DNA of 64,000 bases from the human T2T-CHM13v2.0 reference genome, Homo sapiens. The notes below the pieces were generated by a model. That model ran no database searches. It saw nothing but the letters and a program-made list of their open reading frames with translations, and was not told the origin of the DNA. Positions 1-19,661 of the stretch are shown piece after piece. A program made the translations under genes and the position numbers. The stretch is taken from NCBI RefSeq assembly GCF_009914755.1, contig NC_060936.1; one strand, given 5' to 3'. The stretch's first letter is position 1; every line of letters begins with the position of its first letter.

Positions 1-72
1 ACTGCCCTCCACCCTGGGTGACAGAGTAAGACCTTGTCTCTAAATAAATAAATAAACAAACAAACAAACAAA
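1..72 (+). mobile_element. 3' end of an Alu (J-like) with (TAAA)n/(CAAA)n tail, truncated by window edge
   Basis: ACTGCCCTCCACCCTGGGTGACAGAGTAAGACCTTGTCTC matches the Alu right-arm end, followed by an A-rich tetranucleotide tail. Confidence 0.9.
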
Positions 73-1414
73 CTTTTATGTATTTAATGATCTTATTTCT
101 CAGATCCTTTGTTAAAAAGAGTAACTGGGCTCACAAGAATCTATAATCATCTGAAATCATCAATTTCAATTTGCTTTAGCAATTTAGCTTTTTTCCTGTG
201 GTAGTTTTGTTTAGTTAGTTGGTACTTTGGTTCGGTTTGATTTTTAATCTCTATTTTAATATTCTCTCTGCTCACCGTCCTAGCACCTTTTCATTATCAA
301 ACATTTCTTCATTGTGCACATGTTCCATAGTTTTTCCAATAATAGATCATTATGTAGGGTTCTCCCTAAAGGACAAAGATGGTAAAAGGAAGAACACAGA
401 GAGTTAAAGAAATCAAACGACATGGTTAAAGAAATAATAATCTCAACTCAATTTATCTTAGTTAATTTGCTATTAGCATCATCAGTGCTTGCATCTTACT
501 TATATTGCAGATCCACTTGGAAGAAAATACTGTTTTCTATGTGCTTGCCATAGCATAAATGCAATATTGCAAGGAATCTCATAAAAATTTCCCTTCTTTT
601 ATTCTTGTTAGATGTGGCTCTGTAACTTTGAAAATTCCTTTTCAAGGTTACGTTCTGGGATTTACAGCTCTGAAACATGAAGTTGGTGAATACATAACTA
701 ACTCCCTTTGCTTAAAAAAAAGTCAAGCATATGGGAGATGAATGTATAGTGAATGCTTTCTCGAAGACAAACACAAATAATTAGCTATGGAATCTCACAA
801 TTACAGAAAAGCAGGAAGGATATATAGTCTAAATCACACATATAGAGATTGGAAAATGAATGGCTCAAATATAATTTACAACTGAAGAAATGGAATTTTG
901 AAAATGAAAGAACGTTGCTGAATTTTGCTTTAAAAACTTAGGAAAGGAGACGGGATGACTAGAAAAGGTGAGGGAAAGACCGAAGTTGATACAGTGGCAA
1001 CAAGAAAGTAGATCATCATAGAAGCAGAGAAGCTGATACACAAAACGGGCACATTAGTAGAATAGCTGTTGGTGTGCAAGACTTGCCCTTGTGTCAAGGA
1101 TGTTTCCATTCCATGACACCAACCAACAGATTGCTTGGACTGTTTCTTACACTTCTCTACTTTATCTTCCCTCCTTATAAAACAGCCCCATCCCCTGAAG
1201 AGCTTGAATGAAAACTCAAAATTCACTATTTAGCACAACGTAAACTCCAGATATTACAAAACTGTCTCACTTTAAAATATTTTCTCCATTGTCTCCCCTA
1301 CTATACTTGTACTTAGCAGATTATGTGGATGAATTTTTGGTTTTTAAAAATAGTGTTCTAATAAGGGATTGTAAATGTTGTTTACAGAAAACAAAAGTTA
1401 AAGAAATAACTGGA

Positions 1415-1717
1415 GGCCAGGTTTTGTGACTCTCATGCCTGTAATCCTAGCACTTTGGGAGGCTGAGGTGAGCGGATCGCTTGAGCCCAGGAGTTCGAGA
1501 GAGGTCTGGGCAACATGGTGAAAACCTATCTCTACAAAAAATACAAAAATTAGCCAGGCGTGGCGGTGTGTGCCTGTAGTCCCAGCTACTTGGGGGACTG
1601 AGGCAGGATTGCTTGAACCCTGGTGGTCGAGACTGTGGTGAGCAGAGATGGCACCACTGCACTCCAGCCTGGGCGACAGAGGGAGACCCTGTCTCAAAAA
1701 AAAAAAAAAAAAAAAAA
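1415..1717 (+). mobile_element. Full-length AluJ (AluJb-like) SINE
   Basis: Dimeric Alu with J-type GATCGCTTGAGCCCAGGAGTTCGAG and GAGACCCTGTCTC, A22 tail; TSD AGAAATAACTGGA (1402-1414) / AGAAACGACTGGA (1731-1743). Confidence 0.95.
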
Positions 1718-2059
1718 GATAGAGAGAAAGAGAAACGACTGGAACAAACACTTACAAAGCAGTAAGATAAATTTCTGTCTCAATTATGATTGCTTTGAAT
1801 TTCTTCATCAATTTTTCCTTTACATAATCCAATTCCTAGTAAAAATAGGTTTCAAGAAAACTGAGAATTTAAAGATATGGCTTTCTCATTCTTAGTATAC
1901 ATAACCTCATGGTATTGGACACTCTTACCATTACCATCCACCTATCAGGAAAGATGCTTATATAGCCCTAGAAAATGCCATACCCAGCCCAGAGAGCAGC
2001 TTTAATCAAATTTTTAATCTCAAGGGGTTAAGTAATCATTACCTCCTCTGCATCCTCCA

Positions 2060-2224
2060 CTGTAACTCTAATTGCCCTGTTATAATCATGACTGACTCTT
2101 TTACCAGCTCTCCCACCAGACTGGGAGATCTCAGAGGATCAGAAGCACACTCCATTTATATTTCTGTCATCAGCATTAAGTACCTTTCTTGACTTAATAA
2201 TGTTTGCTGACTCAATGAATAAAT
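2060..2224 (+). mobile_element. L2 LINE 3'-end fossil
   Basis: CTCTCCCACCAGACTGGGAGATCTCAGAGG...AATAATGTTTGCTGACTCAATGAATAAAT resembles the L2 3' terminus; boundaries approximate. Confidence 0.55.
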
Positions 2225-3429
2225 CATAATTTCTCTGAATACAAATAATATTTGCTAAATTAGGCCCAGGATGAGGACATAAGTTTTATCTAGCATGTAT
2301 CTCTGGACAATTGATAGTGACCAGCTGGGAAGATGTGTTGAGAAGAACTCTGATATAAATATAATTATAAATAGAAAAATGTAAATAAATAAATGCACAT
2401 ATAAATACACACACACCCACACACTGTCTGAAAATACTGCTATAATTAATTAGCAGTATTTGTTATGAGAATAGTATTGGCATGGGAGACACTATTTGGT
2501 GTCTTGAGACCTGATGAGAAAAAAAAAGTATCTAATATATTTAAATTCTATTTTATCATTATTTTTCAAAAATGCTTTATGTAATTTAAAACATTTCATT
2601 TCCACAGAAACAATGTCTCCTACTTTAGAGATATATAGGAGATTTGAGATTTAAGTCATTTTTCAAAGTTTATAGTTTATATGGTCAATAACTTGCTAAT
2701 CTGGGTCTCAAACACAACTTCTAATAACAATAACAAAATGCCAAGATATCCACAATACTCCACCATTGCTTTCTTCTTTATTACCTGTAATTACACTCAG
2801 CTCATGTACAAGCACTCCTGAGCATATATGAATGCCTACATTTTGAGCATAATTATAGCAGAGAAACAGACCAGCTGGAAAGTGCTAACTGAACAATTTT
2901 ACAAAAATATATCTGGATGTGTCTCTTGCAAACCCCAGTTGCATTTACGGGTACTAATTATACATTCTTATACAATTCAGCGCAAAGTCCTGTAGAGTCC
3001 CAGTGTTTGGAGCTTATTCAAGAGTTAGCTTAACAATGGAAATGTTCAGATAGTGATTGAGCTTTGATGGTAAAATAAAGACCAAGCTCTTTCCTGTTTG
3101 TCTTGTATTGCCCGGAAAAGTCAAGTTAGCATAAATCAGCAGATACCTTTAACAACTGTGATTCAAATAAAATGTAGTTCAACAATACCTTAGGGAAAGA
3201 ATAAGACAATCTCAAGGAGGCTGGCCCAAGGCATTAGCATATTTGATATTATTTTGTTTTTTGATATTATTATTTTCTATGATTTTATCATATTTTATGT
3301 TATATTATTATATTATTTTATTATATTTTATATTATTATTTTGGTATTATTTTGTTTTATTTTGCCAGACACAGCTGAGTCTTTGATCCATTGAAAATAT
3401 GTAACAGGGTGCTTTAAATTGGGGGTTAA

Positions 3430-3865
<436 letters not shown>

Positions 3866-3874
3866 TTATTGTCA

Positions 3875-4050
3875 TATTAAAGTTCTGGTTCTCCCACTTA
3901 CTAGCTGCATGACGATGTGCAAATAGATTGCCCTCTGCCGTCGGTGCTCTCACTAAACAATTGGAGTTTTTGTGAGTATCAGATGAATGAATCTATGCAA
4001 AATGTTTAGGAAAGTGCCAGAAACATGGCAGACACTAGTAATAAAAATAG
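3875..4050 (+). mobile_element. MIR SINE fossil
   Basis: TCCCACTTACTAGCTGCATGAC...GCAAAATGTTTAGGAAAGTGCCAGAAACATGGCAGACACT follows the MIR core and 3' end. Confidence 0.6.
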
Positions 4051-4121
4051 AGTTGTCAAAATTTTTCTTATTGTTTTAATACAAATAGTGGCAATAGTAG
4101 CAGGAGTGGTATTAAGACAGC

Positions 4122-4530
4122 TGTATCTGCATTGCTATAAAGGAATACCTGAGGCTGGGTAATTTATAAAGAAAAGAGATTTATTTGGCTCATGGTTCTT
4201 CATTCTGTACGAGCATGGCACCAGCATCTGCTCAGCTTCTGATGAGGCCTCAGGAAGCTTTTACTCTTGGTGAAAGGTGAAAGGGGAACAGGCATGTCCC
4301 ATGATGAAAGAGGGAGCAAGAGAGAGGGTAGGATGGGAGGACATGGTCAAGCGACCAGCCCTCATGTGAACTAACAGTAAGAACTCACCCAATACCATGG
4401 AGAAGGCATCAAGTCAATCATTAGGAATCTGTCCCCATGACCCAAACAACTCCTCCTAGGCCTCACCTCCAACACTGGGGATCACATTTCAATAAGAGAT
4501 TTGGAGGGGACAAATATCCAAACTGTATCA
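4122..4530 (-). mobile_element. MSTB-type MaLR solo LTR
   Basis: TGTA...GCTATAAAGGAATACCTGAGGCTGGGTAATTTATAAAG...GAGATTTGGAGGGGACAAATATCCAAACTGTATCA; 5-bp TSD ACAGC (4117-4121)/ACAGT (4531-4535). Confidence 0.9.
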
Positions 4531-4544
4531 ACAGTTTATATTCT

Positions 4545-4680
4545 TAGACATAGGGGAAAGAACATAAACTCTGAAATCTAAATACCTGGATTTAAATCCA
4601 GCCCCTGCTGATTATAAATAAATCTATTAACCTCACTGTTCTTAGGGTCATCATCTATAAAATGGATCTAACATTTAATT
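4545..4680 (+). mobile_element. MIR SINE fossil
   Basis: ACTCTGAAATCTAAATACCTGGATTTAAATCCAGC...TCATCATCTATAAAATGG is MIR core-like. Confidence 0.6.
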
Positions 4681-4711
4681 GAAAGCTCATTTGAAGACCA
4701 AGGCCCTGCAT

Positions 4712-4747
<36 letters not shown>

Positions 4748-4874
4748 TGTAAACTAAAAAATACATATACAAACATGGGTCACACCATTCCTTCATATCC
4801 TCTGCAGAGTCAATCTGTGAGCTAAAGTGCATAAATATTCCTAAAGTATCTCTCACAGGTCTACTGTAGATGTC

Positions 4875-4969
4875 TGCTATGATCTGAATGTTTCTATTCC
4901 TCCAAAATTCATGTATTAAAATGTAATCCTCAATGTATTGGTATTAAGGGCCTTGGGAGGTAATTAGGT
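4875..4969 (+). mobile_element. MLT1A1/MSTD-type MaLR solo LTR, fragment 1 of 3
   Basis: TGCTATGATCTGAATGTTT...CCAAAATTCATGT...GGGAGGTAATTAGGT is the LTR 5' end; left TSD ATGTC (4870-4874). Confidence 0.85.
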
Positions 4970-5504
4970 TGTAGGGGCCAAGGAAAAGCTTCCCCTTCGC
5001 CCTCTGAATGTTTGCTCAAAAATCAACACACAAAAGGAGATTAGCTGGTGAAAAGTAACACAAATTTATAAACATGCATGTAAAGGAGAACCTTAAAGTG
5101 ATTACCCCAACCCCCAAATGGGGTTCAGAAGCTTATACACCATCTAGAGGTTACAGAACAAATGGGGACTTGGATTGTGCAAAAAAGATTGTGGGAATGA
5201 GAGGAGACCTGGCTGGCAAACAGGGCCTTATTATGTAAATTAAGTCTCACAGGTAGCAGCCCTCAGAAAGAACAGATAGTATAATAAATGTTTCTTTCAG
5301 AAAAGGTGTCAGACTCTCGGTTTTTCTTCCTTAGATCCGGAAAGGGAAGGTCTCAGAGAAAACCCGGCTGCACCACTGCAAATTTTCTCTACAGATGCAA
5401 GTCTCCACAATGAAAAACAGCTCAGCTACTTCTGTTACGTGCCCTCTGAACAGCCATCTCAAAACATGTCAAAGTAGTGTATTTGGGGAAAACTATTTCC
5501 TTCA
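4970..5504 (-). mobile_element. 3' LTR of the ERV1 provirus (MER39-like)
   Basis: TGTAGGGGCCAAGGAAAAGCTTCCCCTTCGCCCTCTGAA...CAGCCATCTCAAAACATGTCAAAGTAG...TTCCTTCA; colinear with 19971-20574. Confidence 0.88.
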
Positions 5505-5786
5505 CTCTCCATTTTGAACTTTAAAAGTCTTCACAAATTAAAAGCCAAGTCAATTTCTTTGGAGAGATTTGGGTTAGAGATTGTTAGATAAGAGATAGGC
5601 AAAGGAAGGAAAATATAAACTGGGATAAGCAGAAAAGAACAAATTTAAATATATCATCTCGTATCTTCTTGAATCAGTCTCAGTCCTGAAAATAGATCAG
5701 GTCAGTTAAACAGCTGTGCTCCATTCCAGAAGGTGGCACTGCAGATGAGTTAGGCCTCTATATATGAAACAGGCAAATAGAACTTT

Positions 5787-6077
5787 GAAGGCACCAAGCC
5801 AATCATGAGGAATCCGTCCCCATGACACAAACACCTCCCACCAGGCCCCACCTCCAACATTAGGAATCACATTTTAGTACGAGATTTGGAGGAAACAAAT
5901 ACCCAAACCATATCAACAGTTTATGTTCTTAGCCATAGAGGCACTTTACAGAAAGCATAAGGACTTGGATTGTCCCAAAACAGGTTATGGGAACAGGAAA
6001 AGGAGGCCTGACTGGCAAAAGGGGACTTGTTATGTAAATGAAGCCTCACGGTCTCACAGAAAACCGTAAGAAGTGCC
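5787..6077 (+). other. Composite locally templated insertion (copies of ~4402-4556, ~5151-5250 and 5349-5364)
   Basis: The copy of the MSTB end carries its unique flank ACAGTTTATRTTCTTAG; then a copy of the adjacent LTR segment and GGTCTCASAGAAAACC. Confidence 0.8.
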
Positions 6078-8439
6078 AATAAGAGACATTTCCATGGAAA
6101 TAGAAGAAAAACAGAGGTTAATGTCTGGTGTAATCTATAGATTAGTTTTTTTTTTTAAATCTCTGGAGCATCTTTAGATTGCAGTAGCAATCTGACAAAT
6201 TTTCCTAGATTAGAGTTTGAATTAGATATTCAAGCAAGCCTTCTGAGTAGTCTATACATCAGCTGGCACAAAAGCTGTTTACATGTAAGTTGCTGTGGTG
6301 ATTTCCCCCAGCGTTTATATCAAGTTGTCTAGTTTCAGTTAGCAGGACTTCAAGAAAAGCACAGCTTTAATGTCTAGTGATTCCAACTATGAAAAATGGG
6401 AGAAAATTTTGAAAATATTAGTTTGGAGATTTTAGCTGGGAAAGAATTCAGGATACAGTCCAAATTGTAGGCAAATAATAAAAAGCCAAAAACAATGGTC
6501 AGGGCTAGAATCTAATAACAGGTGTGCCACAGTTTTCTACTGAAACATAATTTTTTTTCTCTCTAGTCTCCAATTTTTACCAAAGATTAATCATAATAGG
6601 ACCAATTTATTTTCAAAATAAGTTTTAGTCTTCTTATATTAGGCTTATTACTGGCATAAAGTACAGCAAGACTAGTGATCGGCCACACAGGCTCTTTTTA
6701 AGTTGGCTTCGCTGGAAATTTTTATAATGAATTTCAGATTAGACTCTATAGGGACTCTCAAGGCTAGGAAGTCAAGTCAAGGATTTGCCATTGGATTGTG
6801 CCTGCAATATCTGTCCAAATTGGATGCACTGCTCTGTTCTCAAGGTCCCCAAAATATCCTGAGGTTCCTAAACCTGTCAAAAAGTGACCTCCTTTACTTA
6901 CTTCAAGGTCAGGAACCTTGTAAGAGAACCATGTAGACAAAGTACCAGGCCAGTCTTTCTTTGGGGCTTTTTATAGGCTCTATAAAGTCAAGTTCAAGTC
7001 CTCAAAGCAGCCTAGTCATGAAAATATGCTAGTCCAGTCAAAGTCTTGGTGAAATAACTAGTGTCTCAAATTTTATCCTGTTACAAAAGAAAACAGATTC
7101 TTATTGAATTTATGCAAATAACTATATTGTCATAAATCAAAAGCACTCACAAATAGTTTCCAAATTCTGAAGAAATCAAGTAGAGAGAAAGGTAAATCTT
7201 TCCATTTTGTAAGCTATACAAAAGTATACATTAATCAATTATTGTAAGCTACAAATAGCTCAAAAAAGTTTTCTTGACTCTGAAAACAAAACAAAAAGAA
7301 TCAGCAATGTTTCAAACAAAAAAGTAATAAAAATCATTTTAGTTGTCTATCAGTTCACTACTATATAATTAATTTTATTCCGCTTTATGTCGGGTTAATA
7401 AACCTCATGAATGCATCAGCATTTTAATTAGTCCTGAAAGTTTTTTTACCTCGTCCAATGGTATGATCTCTAAAGTTATCAGAAATCTGTATTTAAGTGT
7501 ACTTGTCAGGGTCCCTTTATGAATTTCCTTGAAGAGAAAGCACATTTTTGACAGTAGTTCATTATAAATTGCCTTTTAGGAAGAATTAAAGTAAAACAAT
7601 AATTGCCCATGGATGACAAAATACTTAGAATAGACATGGTTAAAGACACAATTGAAAAAAAAATTGGGTTATTTTTGTGGCATAAACCATACACCATAAT
7701 AATTATAATCATTACTGACAACATGTACCAAAACATATCAGAATTTTAGGAATTTCATGTAATTTTGAAACACATATTAATAACACATTTATACAAATAT
7801 AATTCAAGGAAAGTTAAACATAATTTCTTATTTGACAATGCTTCCCACATGATTTTAACATACCAAATAAGCCTAATATGTCTCCTTTGAACTTCTAAGG
7901 ATTATTTTTGGAATGTGAAATTTGAATTTGGGAAGTTATTAAATAGCAAACTTTTATAATACTTGATATTAAAATATGAAAACTTTTAAACACTTGATCA
8001 AATTAGAATCATAGCTTCCTCTAAAGTAATAGTCATCTCTCTATTCAAAGTGATAATTCAAAGATGTCAAGAAGCAAAATCTGATAGAGAGGAGACTTAG
8101 TTTCCCAAACAATCAACAGACCTAAAAAAGAGCATGAAGTATATTGATTCTGTATCTCCCTTCTCACCTCTTTTATTTATTTATTTATTATATTTATTTT
8201 GCAGTTTACTAAAAATATAAACAAAAATATTTTACTATCTCTCATTAATACTACATGAAAATCTTGTTCAAAAAAAATCAAATTTTACCTTTTATATCAG
8301 TGCATTATTATTGTTAAAGCTAATTATAAGGAAACATTATAGTCTGTCTAATCTAATCAGCTTTGACCACACAAGATAATATTTCTATAAACCTTTTATA
8401 ACCTCTTACATTTTTTCCATTCTATTTTTTCACCAACTT

Positions 8440-8812
8440 TGATATAGTTTGGATCTGTGTCCCCACCCACATCTCATGTTCAATTGTAATCCCATGTTGG
8501 AGATGGGGCCTGGTGGGAGATGACTGGATCATGGGGCAGAGTTTTCATGAATGACTTAGTATTATCCCCTTGGTATTATATAGAGAGTGAGTTCTCACAA
8601 GATCCGGTTGTTTAAAGTGTGTAGCACCTCCCCATTCCCTCTTGATCTGGCCCCTGCCATGTAAGACTCCTGCTCCTGCACTGACTTCTGCCATAAGTAA
8701 AAATTCCCCAAGGCCTCCCCAGAAGCAAATGCTGCCACACTTCCCGTGCAGCCTGCAGAACAGTGAGCCAGTTAAACTTTTTTATTTTACAAATTACTCA
8801 GTCTCAGGTATT
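8440..8812 (+). mobile_element. MSTA-type MaLR solo LTR (5' part; 3' tip at 15681-15718)
   Basis: TGATATAGTTTGGATCTGTGTCCCCACCC...AAATTACTCAGTCTCAGGTATT, resuming as GGTATTTCTTTATAGCAATAC...AATACA; perfect 5-bp TSD AACTT (8435-8439, 15719-15723). Confidence 0.9.
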
Positions 8813-8817
8813 ATTTT

Positions 8818-15680
<6,863 letters not shown>

Positions 15681-18026
15681 GGTATTTCTTTATAGCAATA
15701 CAAAAATGGACAAATACAAACTTTTTAATATCCATTTAGTTTTAACAATTTTTCATATTTTTTGAATTTAAAAGAACCTTTAAATAGCCTCTAAATAAGA
15801 CAAAATTATTTTTCCTTTAACAAAAGCCACATTTAATGCCTTTTAAAAATAATCTTCCTTATTAAAAAAACATTCCATCTTTCTTACACATTTTGCATAT
15901 TGAATTGTTTCTCATATCTAGTAGTTTTAATTGCATAAATTAATTACAATGTTAACTCTTAGTAACCCTTAATTTTGGTGGAAAACTAAGGAAATAAGCA
16001 GTTTTAATTATGTAACAGATGCAGAGCTCAGGACAAAAAAACAGAGTTGTGAAGACAATGTCTGGAGGACTTAACCCTTCCTAGCATGGCCAAGAGGCAC
16101 AGCTAGGCCAGGAAGAACTTTGGGTATCTATTTCCAACACTCACTCTGGCCACTAGTCTAGTCCTCAGAATCTAAAAGCTTAAAACCAAGACATAAACTT
16201 ACAAAGTAAGTCAATATCAAAAGTATCACTGAATATTTATCAGAAACATTCTAATCCTATCAAACGAATATATCCAGGCAAAAATCTCTAAATTAAATTT
16301 TGAAAACATTTGTATTATATTTTACCAGTAATTTAAAAACTGGCTTTATATACCAAAGATTACTAAAGTCATGTGAACTTTAAAAGAATTTGAGATTATT
16401 TACTTAATCTATGAGTACTCATATACTTACAAGTTAATTTGATATCATGCAGATAATATACAAACAGATGTGTATGATATGTATACACATATATACATAA
16501 AAATACAGAGAAACACAAAAAAACTTATAACTTTTATTTTAAAATTTTATCCAGGAGGCAGGTAAAACTTACTCGTTTAAAAGGGCAGTTGGATTTAGAT
16601 TTTGCTTTTGTAAATAGAAAAGATTAAAGTTTATCTGTCTCATATGGCCCACGCACTCACCAAGTTTTAGAGAAGAAAAGAGTAGCAAATTTCTTTATCA
16701 AGACACAGAAAAAAATAAAATTTTTTAAGAAGGAGTTTGGATTTGTTAGAGGGAGATTAAAAATGGATGCCAAGGTAACATAAAATCATAGAAATTAATC
16801 ACAGGATTTTACACAAAAACAGACAAGTGACTCTAGAGAAAATTTTAAAACCTTTTCAAAATAACCAGCTGAATACCAGAAAGTCATATTTTGGAGAGCA
16901 ATCTAGTTAGATAGATGGCTTTTAATTTAGTCTGTTTTCTAACTGCATACCTGAGCTCAAGGCAGAGTCCATTAATGAATACAGTCAACCAAGCATTTGC
17001 AGTTTCTAGGGCCTAATATTTAATATATAAAAAGCAGGCACAACTGGAAGGTAGAATACCCAGATCCACATAAATTAAAGATTTTATTTTTACACTGGAT
17101 TCTAGGTCCCCACAAAGAGGAAAACACCATGCATGAGATTAGGCCGTGCAATGTTCCCACAGTATACCTCACTAAAAAGAGATCCCCCACAAAGTTGGTG
17201 CATGACCCAATGCCAGTCAGCCCACTATGATTAGCTCGTCGCCCATGGGAGTCTTATACATTGGTGGTGAGCACTCCCATATATTTCAAGTGTTCAAAGC
17301 ATCCATTTCTTATCTAAGGTGCCAAGAAGTGCATATCCCCTTTCAGTAATAACTATTTATTGCAACCACTGTCAGCCACCTCTGAAACTATAGCCAGTAA
17401 CCCACCAGCCATTGCACATACAAAGGTTTCCTCTTATAGTACAAAGTAACTCCTGGTACTCCCAAAAGCCAAAGAGATCAGGTGATTCAATGCAAAAGAG
17501 AGCAAAGCTGTAAACGAGGGCAAAGTAGATTTTCAGGATCCACTAGGAAGAAGAGAGAAGACCCCAGAATCAGTGTGTGTGGTGTCTTTTTCTATTTTCT
17601 TCTAGGTATTTCAGGGTTGTTAGAAGTCTCTTCTAGATTTCTTCATGTGGTATCAAAGATGGCAAAGAAGAAGGAGAGGCAAGGAGTAGAAATAAATGGG
17701 GGGGAAATTAAAAAAAAAAACAGAAAACAGAGGGACAAATTACATAATCTTAAAAAGGGGTTCAGACAACTGAAAAAAAAATTCAAAAACAGATCCAAAA
17801 TCAGAAAGACCTTGAATATCAGCTTCTAATTAATATGACTTCTGACAAAGGAGCACTTTAAAAAAACTTTTAAAAAGTCTCTAAGTATCAGATTTTAGCC
17901 GGGATAGTTGATATCCCTGATATTACTGGCTTTTGAACTTTATTATTTTTACCAACGTTCCTCTTCCCAACAATAAATGGGTCCTCCCAAAAGGCAAAAG
18001 TCAGAAAATATCAAATGAAAGGGGTC

Positions 18027-18098
18027 TGGCTCTTTAACTGGGAATTGAATCCAGGCCATAGTGATGGAACAGAATTGTATCTTCTAGATTACAAGGTA
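18027..18098 (-). pseudogene. Decayed tRNA-Glu-derived sequence (with CCA end) inside the ERV1 internal region
   Basis: TGGCTCTTTAACTGGGAATTGAATCCAGGCC...CTAGATTACAAGG aligns by eye to the reverse complement of mature tRNA-Glu (TGGTTCCCTGACCGGGAATCGAACCCGGGCC...CTAGACCACCAGGGA), mostly by transitions. Confidence 0.65.
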
Positions 18099-19143
18099 GG
18101 GCAGCTTTCATTGTCAGTTCTGTGTGGGGTCTAAAGCAGGCAGTCTGAGCATATAAAGAATTTTAACTTTGTTTTAGGTCAGGTAGATTTTAGCATTTTA
18201 ATTTAGTCAAAAGATTTTCTATCATGACACTATTATATGTTTTTCTATTAATTTGATGTCTCCATAAATACAAATAAATAAAACAATTTTTTAAAATGAG
18301 AGATCTCTAAAAACTTTTTTTTGTAATTTAGTAGTCTGTCTAATGTAAATGATCCACTAATGATTAGAATTTCCAATAGTGTACTTATTCCAACGGTGAC
18401 TCAACCCAGTGGCAACTTCATAGAAAGCTCAGGGTGTAATTTTATAGGTTTAGAATAAGACTAAATTGATGTTTTTTGGAGAAGGCATAGGAGAGGCAAT
18501 CCCAAAGATCTCTCTCCAGAACTTTTGCTTCAAAGAATAGGTTAAGATAGCAAAAGTCTCTTGTTGCCACTGATGGTTAAGGATGGTGTTTATGTGTACA
18601 GGGCCTGGTTACCCACAAGTTTGTGGGTGCTGCTCATCATAGATCTGTCAATCCATGACACCAGCTAGGCCCTCCTGGGATTAAACATTTCCTGGACTAA
18701 CAAGGCTACAAGAGTTGAGATGACAAAAGTTCGTGGGAATGGAATGTCTTAAGACAAGCTCCCCTGAGAGCATGACACATTCAGAACAAAGAGTGTGTTG
18801 CATAGAATCTTATGTGTCTTGGATTCCTAATCTTTTCAGATTGGCCACCAGATGTGACCCAAAAATCATTCCCCTCCCCCTAGATGGTGCAGAGCCAGAG
18901 TGCTCCCACTGTGTCAAAAGTCAAGCCCTCAAAGACATAAAACAAGACAAGAGGGGAAACTCATCCAGTTTTTATTTTGGGGACAGACAGCAAATTTTAT
19001 ATACCATTCTGATCAGAATGGCAAAACTGACTGGTCTGCAGGGCCAGCTTGAGCAATGGGATTATAGTGGTTTTAGGCCTGTGTTTTACCCTATAATATC
19101 CCTTTTATGACAGAACAACATGGAAAAACAAAGGAAAATACTG

Positions 19144-19661
19144 TGTATTAGTCAAGGTTCTCTAGAGGAACAGAACTAATAGGATACATGTATACATAAA
19201 GGAGAGTTTATTAAGGAGTATTGACTCACACAATCACAAGGTGAGGACCCACAAAAGGCCCTCTGCAAGCTGAGGAGCAAGGAATACAGTCCGAGTCCCA
19301 AAATCTCAAAAATAGGGAAGCCAACAGTGCAGCCTTCAGTCTGTGGTTGAAGGTTCAAGAGCCGAAAAGCTGAAGAACTTGGAGTCCAATTTTTGAGGGC
19401 AGGAAGTATCCAGCATGGGGGAAAGATGTAGGCCAAAAGACTAAGCCAGTCTAGTCTTTCCACATTTCTTTGCCTGCTTTTATTCTAGCTGCACTGGCAA
19501 CTGATTAGATTGTGCCTATCCAGATTGAGGGTGGTTCTGCATTTCCCAATTCAGTGACTCAAATGTTAATCTCTTTTGGCAATACCCTCACAGATACACC
19601 CAGGAACAACCCTTTTCATCCTTCAATCCAATTAAGTTGACACTCAGTATTAACCAACATA
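19144..19661 (-). mobile_element. MLT2A2-type ERVL solo LTR
   Basis: TGTATTAGTCAAGGTTCTCTAGAGGAACAGAACTAATAGG...CAAATGTTAATCTCTTTTGGCAATACCCTCACAG...AGTTGACACTCAGTATTAACC. Confidence 0.9.

Noticed and set aside
1398-1895. ORFs of 71-117 aa (also 3448-3926 and 37007-37348)
   Set aside because: Translations of Alu sequence, not genes.
4714-4743. Isolated A30 tract (also T-tract near 27067-27087 and A-tract near 53631-53645)
   Set aside because: No attached retrocopy body or TSD; treated as simple mononucleotide runs.
17482-19110. 115-aa and 125-aa plus-strand ORFs in the ERV internal region
   Set aside because: Antisense to the provirus, low complexity, no gag/pol/env motifs.
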